Shown: positions 46,446-56,427 of the stretch, piece after piece | Position numbering within the stretch: the first letter of the stretch is position 1 | Layout of the letters: each line of letters begins with the position of its first letter | Source of the DNA: a virus | IMG/VR virus record: IMGVR_UViG_3300020204_000006 | DNA length: 64,000 nt | Reading direction: 5' to 3' (one strand) | Made by a program: the position numbers and the translations under genes | The notes under the pieces: model-generated | Told to the model about the DNA's origin: nothing | Database searches by the model: none | Seen by the model: only the letters and a program-made list of their open reading frames with translations

Positions 46446-47955
46446 AGTCTCTTTGTCTGTCTACAATACTCATATAAGAATTGATCCGCCAATAAGAGGT
46501 CCTTTGTATCAGTCCTTTAAAAAAGCGCTTGGGTACAAGCCAGCTAATTCTGTATGGATGAGTAGTAGTAATCCAAATTGGGATGGTTGGATAACTCTTG
46601 TTTGTTTTGATAAAAAAAGATGCAAATGTAGTCTTAAAAAAGATGGCATGCATTTCCCTGCTGGTTTATTTTCTCAAGCTAAATCTTTTTTTAAAGAAAA
46701 TGGTATAGAGTATACCGCAATAGATTTAAGATCTAGCATAAATACTTTTGAAATAAATTTTAATAATAAGTATTCATTAAGGGACTATCAGGACAGGATA
46801 GTTAATGATAGTTTTGCAAAAACAAGAGGAATAGTAAAAGCTGCAACTGGAGCAGGAAAAACCATAATGGCGGCTGGCATATTTTCAAAAATCAAAGCTA
46901 ATCCTAGTATATTTTTTGTTACAAGTAAAGACCTTATGAATCAGTCTTATGAGGAGTTTTGCAAATTTTTAGAGCCTTCAAAAATAGGTATAATAGGTGG
47001 TGGAAAATTTAAACCAGCAGAAATCAATGTTGTCACTGTTCAAACCGCCGTTAGAAGTCTTGGTCTTGATTGGACCGGAAGTTCTGAAGAAGATGGTGAT
47101 TTTGATGACACATATGATGTTTCTTCTGAAAACAAGAAGTATATGTCTGAAATTATTAAAAACGCTGGTTGTATAGTTTGCGATGAAGTTCAGCATTGGG
47201 CTGCAAATACTTGCCAGATAATATCTGATTATTGCGTATCGGCCAAGTATAGATACGGCATATCGGCAACTCCGTGGAGAGACATGGATGATGACATCTT
47301 AATAGATTCTTGTTTTGGTAAAAAAATATGTGACATAGATGCAAGTTTTTTGATAGACAGGGGTGTTTTGGTCAAGCCACACATAAATATGATAAAGATT
47401 AGTTCAAAAATGGGTGGTACTTATGCTGATGTATACAAAACAGGTATAGTAGAAAATGATTTAAGAAATGAGATAATTAAAAATTGTGCCGAATATCTTT
47501 CCTCATGTGGCAGAAAGGTTCTAATACTTGTTAGGCAGATAAAGCATGGTGAGTTTTTAGAATATTCAATACCTGGGAGTGTTTTTATTCACGGTTCTTG
47601 TTCCTCAAAAGATAGAGAAGAGCATATAAAAAAAATGAGATCTTCTAGTTATAGTTCAATTACCATAGCCTCCAGTATATTTGATGAGGGTATTGATGTA
47701 AAGCCTCTAGATGCTCTTATATTGGCAGGGGGAGGCAAATCCCAGACGAGAGCTCTTCAGAGAATAGGTCGCGTCATAAGGCCTTTTGACGGCAAGAAAG
47801 ACGCAGTGGTTGTGGATTTTTTTGATGACATGAAATACATGAGAAACCACAGTAAAAAAAGAATTAAGATGTATGGTACGGAAAAAAGATTTAATATAAA
47901 AAATCTTGAAATAGAACAAATTGTGAAAAATCCATCCGTATTATATCAGGCTTGA
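46429..47955 (+). CDS. Superfamily 2 DNA helicase, UvsW-like
   Basis: LRDYQ; AATGAGKT; CDEVQH; SATP; FDEGID; QRIGRVIR. Confidence 0.9.
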   Translation: MQEKIKVSLSVYNTHIRIDPPIRGPLYQSFKKALGYKPANSVWMSSSNPNWDGWITLVCFDKKRCKCSLKKDGMHFPAGLFSQAKSFFKENGIEYTAIDLRSSINTFEINFNNKYSLRDYQDRIVNDSFAKTRGIVKAATGAGKTIMAAGIFSKIKANPSIFFVTSKDLMNQSYEEFCKFLEPSKIGIIGGGKFKPAEINVVTVQTAVRSLGLDWTGSSEEDGDFDDTYDVSSENKKYMSEIIKNAGCIVCDEVQHWAANTCQIISDYCVSAKYRYGISATPWRDMDDDILIDSCFGKKICDIDASFLIDRGVLVKPHINMIKISSKMGGTYADVYKTGIVENDLRNEIIKNCAEYLSSCGRKVLILVRQIKHGEFLEYSIPGSVFIHGSCSSKDREEHIKKMRSSSYSSITIASSIFDEGIDVKPLDALILAGGGKSQTRALQRIGRVIRPFDGKKDAVVVDFFDDMKYMRNHSKKRIKMYGTEKRFNIKNLEIEQIVKNPSVLYQA

Positions 47956-47957
47956 TA

Positions 47958-48731
47958 ATGAAAAAAGAAAAATTAAAAAAAGAAACTACGGAAGTAGGCA
48001 CTGTTGAGTGGTCAGCTTTTTCCGTAAAAAAGAAGGATGAAGACGTATTGTCTTGGTCTCTTCAGGACTTTATATCATATATAAAGCAAATATATTATTC
48101 AAAATATTGTACTCCACTTGCATATTCTCCAGCATTTACAAATATGGAGATGTCTAAATTAAGAGACATATTATCTCCTCATTCTAAAAAAAATAATGAG
48201 AATATTAATATGTTCATTAAAAACTATGTAGATTGGTATTTTGACAACAAGATATATCAGGATCATGTTAAGTATAAGACATGGTCTTTTAAAAATTTAA
48301 ATAAACAATCGACAATATCTTTATTTTTAATTAATTCCGGATTAACTAGTTCTCCTCAGCCCATTACGGTAAAAGAAAAAATTAAAAGAAAAAGCACTAG
48401 CTCTCTTGTTCTTAAGAAGTATATGAGCGGTGATGAAAAAGTTTTTATTAAAGATTACGGAATAATAGTCCCGTTTGCTTATCTTTTTGCTGCTTGTAAT
48501 ATGGATTGGCCAAGTGCACTGTCTTATATTAAGAGAGGTATCAGGAAATGTATAGATTCATCTATAAGCTTGGAGTTTATAGTTGATGTAACAAACCAGT
48601 ATGGTCCCTATGACAAATTAAAAAAATTGGACATGTCTGGTCTTATTTCTGAGTTGTCATCAGAATTTAAATTCCCTTTTGCGAAAGTGAGGCTTTACGG
48701 TAATGTCAGAGAAGATATGGAAAATAAATAA
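47958..48731 (+). CDS. Hypothetical protein (replication-module associated)
   Basis: About 257 aa from the ATG at 47958, between the helicase and IF-3. Confidence 0.65.
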   Translation: MKKEKLKKETTEVGTVEWSAFSVKKKDEDVLSWSLQDFISYIKQIYYSKYCTPLAYSPAFTNMEMSKLRDILSPHSKKNNENINMFIKNYVDWYFDNKIYQDHVKYKTWSFKNLNKQSTISLFLINSGLTSSPQPITVKEKIKRKSTSSLVLKKYMSGDEKVFIKDYGIIVPFAYLFAACNMDWPSALSYIKRGIRKCIDSSISLEFIVDVTNQYGPYDKLKKLDMSGLISELSSEFKFPFAKVRLYGNVREDMENK

Positions 48732-49203
48732 TCAAATTAGAAATAGATTCGTTTTTGTAATAGACGATGATGGTAGAAAAATTGGCTCTATGATAATAGA
48801 TAGTGCTATCGATTATGCACGCAATAAGGGTATGGACCTAGTTCAGGTAAGCGAAGATTCTTCTTCGGAAGTTGTGTGCAGGGTCGCAGATTACGGAAAG
48901 ATGAAATACCAATCTCAAAAAAACAAAAAGAGTGGCAATACCTCTTCTTTTAAGAAAAAAGAGATGTTTATTTCTATGACGATATCTGATCATGATTTAG
49001 AGACAAAGCTCAATAAGGTTCGTGAATTTATGAGCAAAAAATATGAAATAACTTTTGGAATAAAATTCAGAAGTTTTAAGGAAAGAAACAGTACTGAACA
49101 GGCTAGGCAAAAAATAATCAAGAGCCTTGATTCTCTTGGTGTTTCTCAGGATGGCCTTAAGTACAACGTTACACACGAGAGGATATCGGTTGTTTTCAGA
49201 TGA
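48703..49203 (+). CDS. infC: Translation initiation factor IF-3 homolog
   Basis: KINNQIR...VIDDDG...A...ARNKGMDLVQVS...VCRVADYGKMKY (IF3-N) and KEM...ISDHDLETKL...EF...IKFR (IF3-C). Confidence 0.9.
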   Translation: MSEKIWKINNQIRNRFVFVIDDDGRKIGSMIIDSAIDYARNKGMDLVQVSEDSSSEVVCRVADYGKMKYQSQKNKKSGNTSSFKKKEMFISMTISDHDLETKLNKVREFMSKKYEITFGIKFRSFKERNSTEQARQKIIKSLDSLGVSQDGLKYNVTHERISVVFR

Positions 49204-49991
49204 GTAACAAGCTTGAAAATCTATTTAATTACTTTGTGAATAAGAATAAGGCTTCCTGTAAGAGATATATTAAGGAGAGTAACTCCTGTTGTGCTTCAAG
49301 GTGTGTTTGTTCTGCTCTTGCAGAAGTTTTCTCTTACATGGAGTATTGTCTTCCGCACAATACAAGCAAGCTTGAACTTTGTGATTTTACCGGGATATGC
49401 AATGGTGAAGAAATAATAGAAAAAGCAAGTGTAGATTTAGTGCTAAACAAGATATGTAAATACTGTTTTGATAAAGACAAAATAGACTTAAGTCAATCAA
49501 GAAATTATTTTAACTCTATATCTGTTATGGATAAAAGATATTCCATGGGTACAAATGTTATTATCCACGGAAGCGAGAAAACCTCTAGCGATGGTATGAA
49601 AAAGAAAAGCGGCAAAACTCTTGTTGCCTCTCTTATAATGAAGGAGGCAATATGGAGAAGGCTGTTTAAGACAAACAAAGCTTTTACTTATTATTATTCT
49701 CCAATATCAAAAATAATAGATGATAGATTGTCAAAAAGAGAATCTGACATGTTGGTTACTCCAGTAAATTGCGATTGGCTTGTTGTTGATGATATATATG
49801 ACAAGAATAGGCAAATTCAGCCATCTATAATAGAAGATGTTTTTGTTTATAGGCAAATGAAAAGTCTACCAACAATATTTGTTATTAAGTTTGATGCTTC
49901 AAGTCGAAATAGCTTGGAAGAGGTTTTGGGAGAAAGTTTGTCCAGATGTTTCTATGGAGATCCCAATTCTTTTATTATAGATATATCTTAA
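49200..49991 (+). CDS. DnaC/IstB-like AAA+ ATPase (putative helicase loader)
   Basis: IIHG...SGKTLVASLIMK; Walker B CDWLVVDDI; R...LPTIF; directly upstream of dnaB. Confidence 0.7.
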   Translation: MSNKLENLFNYFVNKNKASCKRYIKESNSCCASRCVCSALAEVFSYMEYCLPHNTSKLELCDFTGICNGEEIIEKASVDLVLNKICKYCFDKDKIDLSQSRNYFNSISVMDKRYSMGTNVIIHGSEKTSSDGMKKKSGKTLVASLIMKEAIWRRLFKTNKAFTYYYSPISKIIDDRLSKRESDMLVTPVNCDWLVVDDIYDKNRQIQPSIIEDVFVYRQMKSLPTIFVIKFDASSRNSLEEVLGESLSRCFYGDPNSFIIDIS

Positions 49992-49992
49992 T

Positions 49993-51444
49993 ATGAATTC
50001 TTCATATAAACTACTGCACATTCTTCTTAACGATCTTTCTAAGGTTGAGAAGCTTAGTCATGACACAAGAGTGAATGAATTTTTTTTGGCAGATTATGAG
50101 TCTAATATATATAGGGCCATGATCTGGTGTTTCAATAAGAATAAATTACTTACGGAAGAACAGCTTGAATATTTTTTAAGAGAAGTTAGAGCTTCTTCTC
50201 CTGTATACATTTCTGAATGTGTTTCTATACTTAGAGAGATATCTTTTTTACAAAACATAAAGATTGATGATTTTGATGTTATTTTTGCAGATTTAGAAAA
50301 AGAATTTATTACTAGATCAATTAAAAAAGGTCTTAAGGAATTAAAAGAAAAAGTTGAGCCTGATTTTAAGCAAAATGTTTTAGAATTCTGCAAAAAACTA
50401 GAAGATGTTGCATCTTCTTCAAATAAAGAATCAAATTTTGAGTTTTTTGATTCAGCGGAAAGTTATTTAAATATAGTTGATAAGCTAGAAAAGCAGAGTA
50501 AAGAGCCAGATAATAGAATAGCTTGTGGCATTAAGGAGATCGATGACTGTATGGTTGTCGGATTTAGGCCAGGTACTCTTACTTTAACTGTTGCTGATGT
50601 TGGTGGCGGTAAAACCACCATGATGCTCAATATGGCTTTTAATTTATTTAAAAGAAATCACAACGTTCTTTTTATTCCTCTGGAAATGCCTTTCGAGGAA
50701 ATATTTAAAAAATTTATTTCCAGAGAGTGTCTTGTTGAGTTTGAAAAGCTGGCTCGTCCTCAACTATTAGTAGATTCGGACTGGGCAATGATAAGGCAGC
50801 ACGCAGAAGCTTTAAATAATGCAAAATCTAAATTTATGTGGGCTGATGTTAAAAGTAGACCCACCGTATCTGAAATAAAAAGACAGATAGAGAGAAGGCT
50901 TTCTTATTTTAAGCCTGATATTATAGTTATTGATTATATAGCAAATATAAAACCGGAATCTAATTCAGATAATTGGCTTGCCATTGGAGATATACTAAAA
51001 GAGTTGAGAGCATTTGGCAAAAAACATAATTTTGCCATACTAAGTGCTGCTCAGTTAAGTAGAGATGGAATTAAAAAAATGAAGGGAGACAAGGATTCAA
51101 ACAAGGCTCCTGGATCAGAGGACCTAAGAGGATCTCATGAATATAGTGCAGACGCTGACAATATATTTGCTCAAGTTCCATCTCAAGAGGACCCAAATAG
51201 AAAAATATTACTTTATTGTATAAAAGCTAGATACGGAAAGAAAACTTTTGGTGATAAAAATTATGCCATTATGGATTTTTATCCAGAATTTTCTAAAATA
51301 GAATCTAGTAATAACTATTCTTTTGATTCCGATAGCGATGATTTAAAGGCTCAGATAGATGAGATGTTTAAATCAAAAGTTAATCAAAGTGAAGAATCTT
51401 CAGATTCTAAGTCTTCGGAAGATTTTGATTGGTTCTCTTTATGA
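49993..51444 (+). CDS. dnaB: Replicative DnaB-like helicase
   Basis: ADVGGGKT; FIPLEM; IVIDYI; SAAQLSR; GS..YSADAD; KARYG. Confidence 0.92.
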   Translation: MNSSYKLLHILLNDLSKVEKLSHDTRVNEFFLADYESNIYRAMIWCFNKNKLLTEEQLEYFLREVRASSPVYISECVSILREISFLQNIKIDDFDVIFADLEKEFITRSIKKGLKELKEKVEPDFKQNVLEFCKKLEDVASSSNKESNFEFFDSAESYLNIVDKLEKQSKEPDNRIACGIKEIDDCMVVGFRPGTLTLTVADVGGGKTTMMLNMAFNLFKRNHNVLFIPLEMPFEEIFKKFISRECLVEFEKLARPQLLVDSDWAMIRQHAEALNNAKSKFMWADVKSRPTVSEIKRQIERRLSYFKPDIIVIDYIANIKPESNSDNWLAIGDILKELRAFGKKHNFAILSAAQLSRDGIKKMKGDKDSNKAPGSEDLRGSHEYSADADNIFAQVPSQEDPNRKILLYCIKARYGKKTFGDKNYAIMDFYPEFSKIESSNNYSFDSDSDDLKAQIDEMFKSKVNQSEESSDSKSSEDFDWFSL

Positions 51445-51980
51445 GTAAAAATTCTTCCCAGCAAGCTGACGTGTTCTTTACTGTAAAGAAACTGTTATCT
51501 ATAGACGAGTTTTTACAACAAAGGGGTTGTTCTCCATCCAGAAGATATGGAGACAAATCTGTATATTGCTGCCCAATACACAAAGATAAAACTCCTAGCT
51601 TTTATGTTTATAAAAAAAGCGATGGTGATGATTTTTATTGCTTTGGTTGTAAAAAAGGTGGTAGCGCAGTACACCTAAAAAGCTATCTTGATAATGAAAA
51701 ATTCGGTAAAAGTTTATTATATTTTTGCGATAAGCTTAAAATTAAAACAAACTCAAAAATTAATATTGAAGACATATTAGATGATGAGCTATTTTCATTT
51801 AAAAAAGAAAGCTTTGATATAGACAAAAAATATGAATTATGTCTTTTTAGATATTCTTCTTCCCTTAATATGGGTAACATATCAATATCTGATTTTCTAA
51901 ACACTATTTCTGTTTTGCAGAAAATCTATGAAGAAAGAGACGAAATAAGAATAGGTAAAATGTTAAATGGAAGAATTTGA
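51441..51980 (+). CDS. Stand-alone DnaG-type CHC2 zinc-binding domain protein (primase N-terminal part)
   Basis: CCPIHKDKTPSFYV...FYCFGCKKGG; no Toprim domain. Start at 51441 gives an ATGA overlap with the dnaB stop. Confidence 0.85.
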   Translation: MSKNSSQQADVFFTVKKLLSIDEFLQQRGCSPSRRYGDKSVYCCPIHKDKTPSFYVYKKSDGDDFYCFGCKKGGSAVHLKSYLDNEKFGKSLLYFCDKLKIKTNSKINIEDILDDELFSFKKESFDIDKKYELCLFRYSSSLNMGNISISDFLNTISVLQKIYEERDEIRIGKMLNGRI

Positions 51981-52383
51981 AAAAACAATATCCGTTATTT
52001 TTGGTCATCCCTTTACAAAAGAATGCGATTGTGATGAGGTATGTATTTCAAATAAAATGTTAAATGAAAAATTTACTAAAAGCTGGATGATTGAAGATGA
52101 TCTATCCGTCAGTCACCAATTTGGCTCTTCGGTATTCACTGTTCATTTTTATCCTTCCAGGGAAGTAATAATATATTCTTTTCATAAAAACAGACCAAAT
52201 GGATCTGATATGATGGACCTTAGGGCTCTGGTCATATTTTTAATGAATAAAGGATGGAATCGACCATCTCCAATATCAAGTGAGATAGATTATGCTATGG
52301 ACTTTTGGAGAGAGGCATGGGAAACTGGTTTAGTAGATAGTGATTATCTTCAAAAGAAATTTGGAAAAAGAAAATTATTTTAA
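51967..52383 (+). CDS. Hypothetical protein
   Basis: 138-aa ORF, tightly packed. Confidence 0.65.
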   Translation: MEEFEKTISVIFGHPFTKECDCDEVCISNKMLNEKFTKSWMIEDDLSVSHQFGSSVFTVHFYPSREVIIYSFHKNRPNGSDMMDLRALVIFLMNKGWNRPSPISSEIDYAMDFWREAWETGLVDSDYLQKKFGKRKLF

Positions 52384-52392
52384 GGAAAAAAT

Positions 52393-52974
52393 ATGCCAAT
52401 AATATCAAAAAAACAAGAAATAAAAATGTCTTTTACTTCAATAATTCTTGATGGCGATGATGAATCAGAAATAGATTTTGATCTTTATGATAAAAATGGT
52501 AAACTTTATATAAAAGCATTTAAGAACAAAAAAACTATTTTTGATTGGCCCTTTGAGTCATTTCAGGAAATAGCAGATTTTATATTTGGAAAAATGAGTC
52601 TAATTTTTCCATCAAAAAACAGAGTAAATAAAAATATAGATTTCCCGCAAAAAGATAATTTATTTGATGCTTCTCAGTCTCCTACTCCTAGTGTAATTCA
52701 GAATTCTGTTCCTGATAATTCTACTGCTAGTTTTGCTGGTGACGTATCTGATTTTGAAAATTATCTAAAGAACAAGAAGCCTTCTTTTTATGGAAACTCC
52801 TCATCACTTATATCCAATCCGGCATTTAGGGCAGCCATGAACTCTGATGAAAAAAATAATACAGTTGAAAAAGAAAGAATAAGTAGAATAGTAAATGGCA
52901 TGGATGCTATAGAAATAGATTTAAATGACGACATTCAGGATGAAGCAGTTATAGAACAACAAAATGGAATATAA
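52393..52974 (+). CDS. Hypothetical protein
   Basis: 193 aa; AAGGA Shine-Dalgarno upstream. Confidence 0.65.
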   Translation: MPIISKKQEIKMSFTSIILDGDDESEIDFDLYDKNGKLYIKAFKNKKTIFDWPFESFQEIADFIFGKMSLIFPSKNRVNKNIDFPQKDNLFDASQSPTPSVIQNSVPDNSTASFAGDVSDFENYLKNKKPSFYGNSSSLISNPAFRAAMNSDEKNNTVEKERISRIVNGMDAIEIDLNDDIQDEAVIEQQNGI

Positions 52975-53209
52975 ATGTAATGTAAAACAGTTGACAAAGA
53001 TATCAAGTGATGAGGGCTCTGGCAATTCTTTATCTCTTTGTTCTTCTTGTAAAAATTTAGATTGTAGGAACCCAATAGAATTTGTTAGTATTTCTGTGTT
53101 CGGAATAAATATGAAGGGTAGATTTTTTAAATCAAACAGTAATTTTTATTCTGTAACTTCTTGTGAAGGTTATCAGAAAGAGATCAAAAAAGAGGAAGAA
53201 GATGAATAA
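52964..53209 (+). CDS. Small Cys-containing hypothetical protein
   Basis: 81 aa with CxxC-x4-C and further Cys residues; overlaps both neighbours. Confidence 0.55.
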   Translation: MEYKCNVKQLTKISSDEGSGNSLSLCSSCKNLDCRNPIEFVSISVFGINMKGRFFKSNSNFYSVTSCEGYQKEIKKEEEDE

Positions 53210-54491
53210 TTCTTGTTTTTGCCATATACATAATCACACTGAATTTAGTTCTTTTGATGGATTAAATAAGGTTTCCGAGTTTCCTATGCTTGCAAGAGAA
53301 ATGGGTTTTAGGGCTCTTGGTATAACGGATCACGGAAATATTGCTGGTACTTTAAAGTTTTTTAAAGAGTGTACAAAAACACATGATTCTGATGGCAATA
53401 TTCTTCCTTACGATCCAATAACTCCCATACTTGGATGTGAATTTTACTTATGCAAAAATCGTCATGCTAGAAGTAAGGCAGAACAGCCTGACGGCAGAAA
53501 GGGCAATAGACATATACTCCTTCTGGCAAAAAATTTTGCTGGCTATAGAAACCTGTGTGCTCTTAGTGAGATTAGTTGGACTGAGGGTTTTTACGGTGAT
53601 CCTAGAATAGATTTTGATCTTATTGAGAAGTACCGCGATGGCCTGATGTGTTCTTCTGCCTGTCTTAGTAGTGTTATAAATTCAAATTTACTTCATGGAA
53701 GATACGATATTGCAAAAAAGGTTGCTACTAGATTAAAAGATATATTTGGTGAAGATTTTTATCTTGAAGTCATGTTTCATGGAATAGACGCAGAAAGATA
53801 TATTATTCCAGATATATTTAAGCTTGGTTCTGATCTAGGTATAAAATGTATAGGGACAAACGATTGTCACTATGCAAAAAAAGAAGATGGTAAAAGTCAA
53901 GAAATACTTATGTGTATGAGCACAAGCAGGTGCATCAAGGACACTAATAGATTAAAATTCCCATATCATGAATTCTATTTAAAAAACGCGGATGAAATGT
54001 ACTCTGTTTTTAAAGGCTATGAGCATGCTCTTCATAACACAAACGAAATTTACCAAAAGGTAAATATAGAAGATTTAAAAATTAATTTTGGAGGAATGCG
54101 ACTTCCAAAGTTTCCATTGCCAGATGGCTTTTCTGATCCGTATGAATACTTAAAGTTTCTTGCTTTTGAGGGTTTGAATAGGTGTAATTTGCAAAATTCT
54201 GAAAAGCATGTCGCTAGGTTAAACATGGAGCTTAACGACGTAAAAATTGCAAAAGATAGTAATAATTATGACTTTGCAACATATTTTTTGATAGTAAGAG
54301 ATTACATAAATTTTGCCAAAGATAATAACATTATGACTGGATGCGGAAGAGGTTCTGGATTTGGAAGTCTTCTTTTAAAGTGTCTTGGTATAACTTATGG
54401 AGTTGACCCTCTTGAATACGATTTGCTTTGGGAAAGATTTTTAGGTTTTGATTCAAAAAAATTTGTCAAGATGAGTGATTTTTATGAATGA
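53202..54491 (+). CDS. dnaE: DNA polymerase III alpha, N-terminal part (PHP domain and first palm segment)
   Basis: HIHNHTEFS.FDG; ITDHGN; GCEFY; SSACL; TNDCHY; GCGRGSGFGSL...GVDPLEYDLLWERFL. Start moved to the ATG at 53202. Confidence 0.92.
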   Translation: MNNSCFCHIHNHTEFSSFDGLNKVSEFPMLAREMGFRALGITDHGNIAGTLKFFKECTKTHDSDGNILPYDPITPILGCEFYLCKNRHARSKAEQPDGRKGNRHILLLAKNFAGYRNLCALSEISWTEGFYGDPRIDFDLIEKYRDGLMCSSACLSSVINSNLLHGRYDIAKKVATRLKDIFGEDFYLEVMFHGIDAERYIIPDIFKLGSDLGIKCIGTNDCHYAKKEDGKSQEILMCMSTSRCIKDTNRLKFPYHEFYLKNADEMYSVFKGYEHALHNTNEIYQKVNIEDLKINFGGMRLPKFPLPDGFSDPYEYLKFLAFEGLNRCNLQNSEKHVARLNMELNDVKIAKDSNNYDFATYFLIVRDYINFAKDNNIMTGCGRGSGFGSLLLKCLGITYGVDPLEYDLLWERFLGFDSKKFVKMSDFYE

Positions 54492-56427
54492 AAAAATAAA
54501 AGAATTATTATTAGAAATAAAAAAGAAGTGCAGTGATGCATCAAAAATAGAAATATGCACAAAAGAATTAATGGATATGGATGAAACAGATTCTGTTTCT
54601 AAGGGGACTGTATTGGATGAATTTTATAAAGTTTGGAAAAACAAAAAAGATCAACTTGGTGTAAAAAATGAAATAAATTCATGGTCAGCATATTACTTGG
54701 ATATTACTTCTGTAAAACCAAAAGAAAACAATATTTTTTTGCCATCAAGGCGCATATTTGCTAGAGCTGGATTTCCTGATATAGATGCCGATTTTGAATT
54801 TGAAAAAAGACAACAAGTTTACGATTATTTAATAAATAAGTACGGTAGAGAAAGAGTTGGCAATATAGGGACATATGGAACATTAAAATTAAAATCATAC
54901 GTTACTAGGGTGGTTAAGGCCCTAGACTTGGCAAATAGTTTTCATAAAGGCAAAGATTCATACGTTAAAGAAAATAACATTTTAGTAAGAAAAATTATAG
55001 ACTCTCTTCCTGAGCAAAAAGGAGCCTTTTTAAAGGTATGGGACGAAGATGGAGATGAGCACGTCATTAAGAGTCTTCAGGATGCATATGACCATTGCCA
55101 CTCTTTTAAGTCTTATTTAGATGAATTCCCAGATATAAAAGTGCATGCTGATGCTATAGAGGGTTTATCTAGTAATTTTGGTGTTCACGCTGCTGGTGTA
55201 GTTATAAGCGATGATCCCTTAAAGACAATAGCTCCTTTGAGATCGACATCTGGTGGCTCCTCCGGTAAATCAGTTGATTATGCCACTCAATTTCCATATG
55301 AAGATTTGGAATATCTTGGTCTAATAAAATTTGACATACTTGCGCTTAGCACCTTATCAGTAATATCAAAAACTGTTAAATTAATTAAAGAAAGAAATTC
55401 TATTGACTTGGATATGGAAAATCTTAATTTAAATGATGAAAGAACTTTTGAGCTTTATAGATCTGGTAATTTAATAGGTGTTTTCCAGTGTGAAGAAAAA
55501 GGCATGCAGAAAACGATGATGGAAATGAGAGTTGACAGATTTGAAGATATATGTGCAGGTATAGCCTTGTTTAGGCCTGGTCCCATGGCTTCAATTCCAA
55601 AGTATTGTTCAAGAAAAAAGGGTAAGGAAAAAATAGAATATTTTCATCCTTCAATTGAGCCTTTTGTTAAAGACATTCTGGAGCCAACATATGGTGTTCT
55701 CTGTTATCAAGAGAGCATTATGCAGCTTTGCAATAAGCTTGCTGGTCTTTCAATAAGCGATGGATATGTTATAATAAAAGCAGTAGGTAAAAAGAAAGAA
55801 GATTTACTCAAGAGGTACAGGTCAAAATTTGTACATGGTTGTGTTAAAAATGGTATAAAAGAAAAAATTGCAGGTGATTATTGGGAAAAATTTATTATGC
55901 CCTTTGCTGCTTATGGTTTTAATAAGTCTCACTCATTTTGTTATGGTTTATTAAGTTATCAAACTGCCTATTTAAAAGCAAATTTTCCACATGAATTTAT
56001 TCTTAGCTATTTGAATGTAGAACTTGGGCAAAAGAAATGGGAGAGAATAGAAATTTTAGAAAAAGAGTGTCAAAGAATGGGTATTAAAATTTCTTCTAGA
56101 AACATAAATGTATCAAAAGAAGAATATTCAATGAGAATGAAAAAGGATTTAAGCGGAGAAATTTGTCTTTTTGTTCCTCCATTATATTGCAAGGGTATAA
56201 CTGCTGAGGCGGTCTATGATATTTGCAGAAACCAGCCTTTTAAAGATTTGAAAGATTTTGCTTTCAAGACATCTAAGTCTAGTGTCGATATAGAAAGTCT
56301 TCAAGCTCTTGTTGACAATGGGTATTTCCCGGGCGTAGAAGACGTGGTTTCAAAATTTGAAAATTATAGAGAGTATTTTATTAAATCTAAAAAAAGAGGA
56401 GTCAGCGGATTAGATCTTTTTGGCTGA
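54484..56427 (+). CDS. dnaE: DNA polymerase III alpha, C-terminal part (catalytic palm, thumb, fingers, HhH)
   Basis: PDIDADF; GVHAAGVVI; LIKFDILAL; GVFQCE; FRPGPM; GVLCYQE; FAAYGFNKSH; YLKANFP. Ends SGLDLFG. Confidence 0.92.
   Translation: MNEKIKELLLEIKKKCSDASKIEICTKELMDMDETDSVSKGTVLDEFYKVWKNKKDQLGVKNEINSWSAYYLDITSVKPKENNIFLPSRRIFARAGFPDIDADFEFEKRQQVYDYLINKYGRERVGNIGTYGTLKLKSYVTRVVKALDLANSFHKGKDSYVKENNILVRKIIDSLPEQKGAFLKVWDEDGDEHVIKSLQDAYDHCHSFKSYLDEFPDIKVHADAIEGLSSNFGVHAAGVVISDDPLKTIAPLRSTSGGSSGKSVDYATQFPYEDLEYLGLIKFDILALSTLSVISKTVKLIKERNSIDLDMENLNLNDERTFELYRSGNLIGVFQCEEKGMQKTMMEMRVDRFEDICAGIALFRPGPMASIPKYCSRKKGKEKIEYFHPSIEPFVKDILEPTYGVLCYQESIMQLCNKLAGLSISDGYVIIKAVGKKKEDLLKRYRSKFVHGCVKNGIKEKIAGDYWEKFIMPFAAYGFNKSHSFCYGLLSYQTAYLKANFPHEFILSYLNVELGQKKWERIEILEKECQRMGIKISSRNINVSKEEYSMRMKKDLSGEICLFVPPLYCKGITAEAVYDICRNQPFKDLKDFAFKTSKSSVDIESLQALVDNGYFPGVEDVVSKFENYREYFIKSKKRGVSGLDLFG

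Noticed and set aside
54400-54800. Split intein (cyanobacterial DnaE-like) or stop-codon readthrough joining the dnaE parts
   Set aside because: There is no Cys1/block B motif or His-Asn/Cys junction. The two ORFs are in different frames, so TGA readthrough cannot join them.
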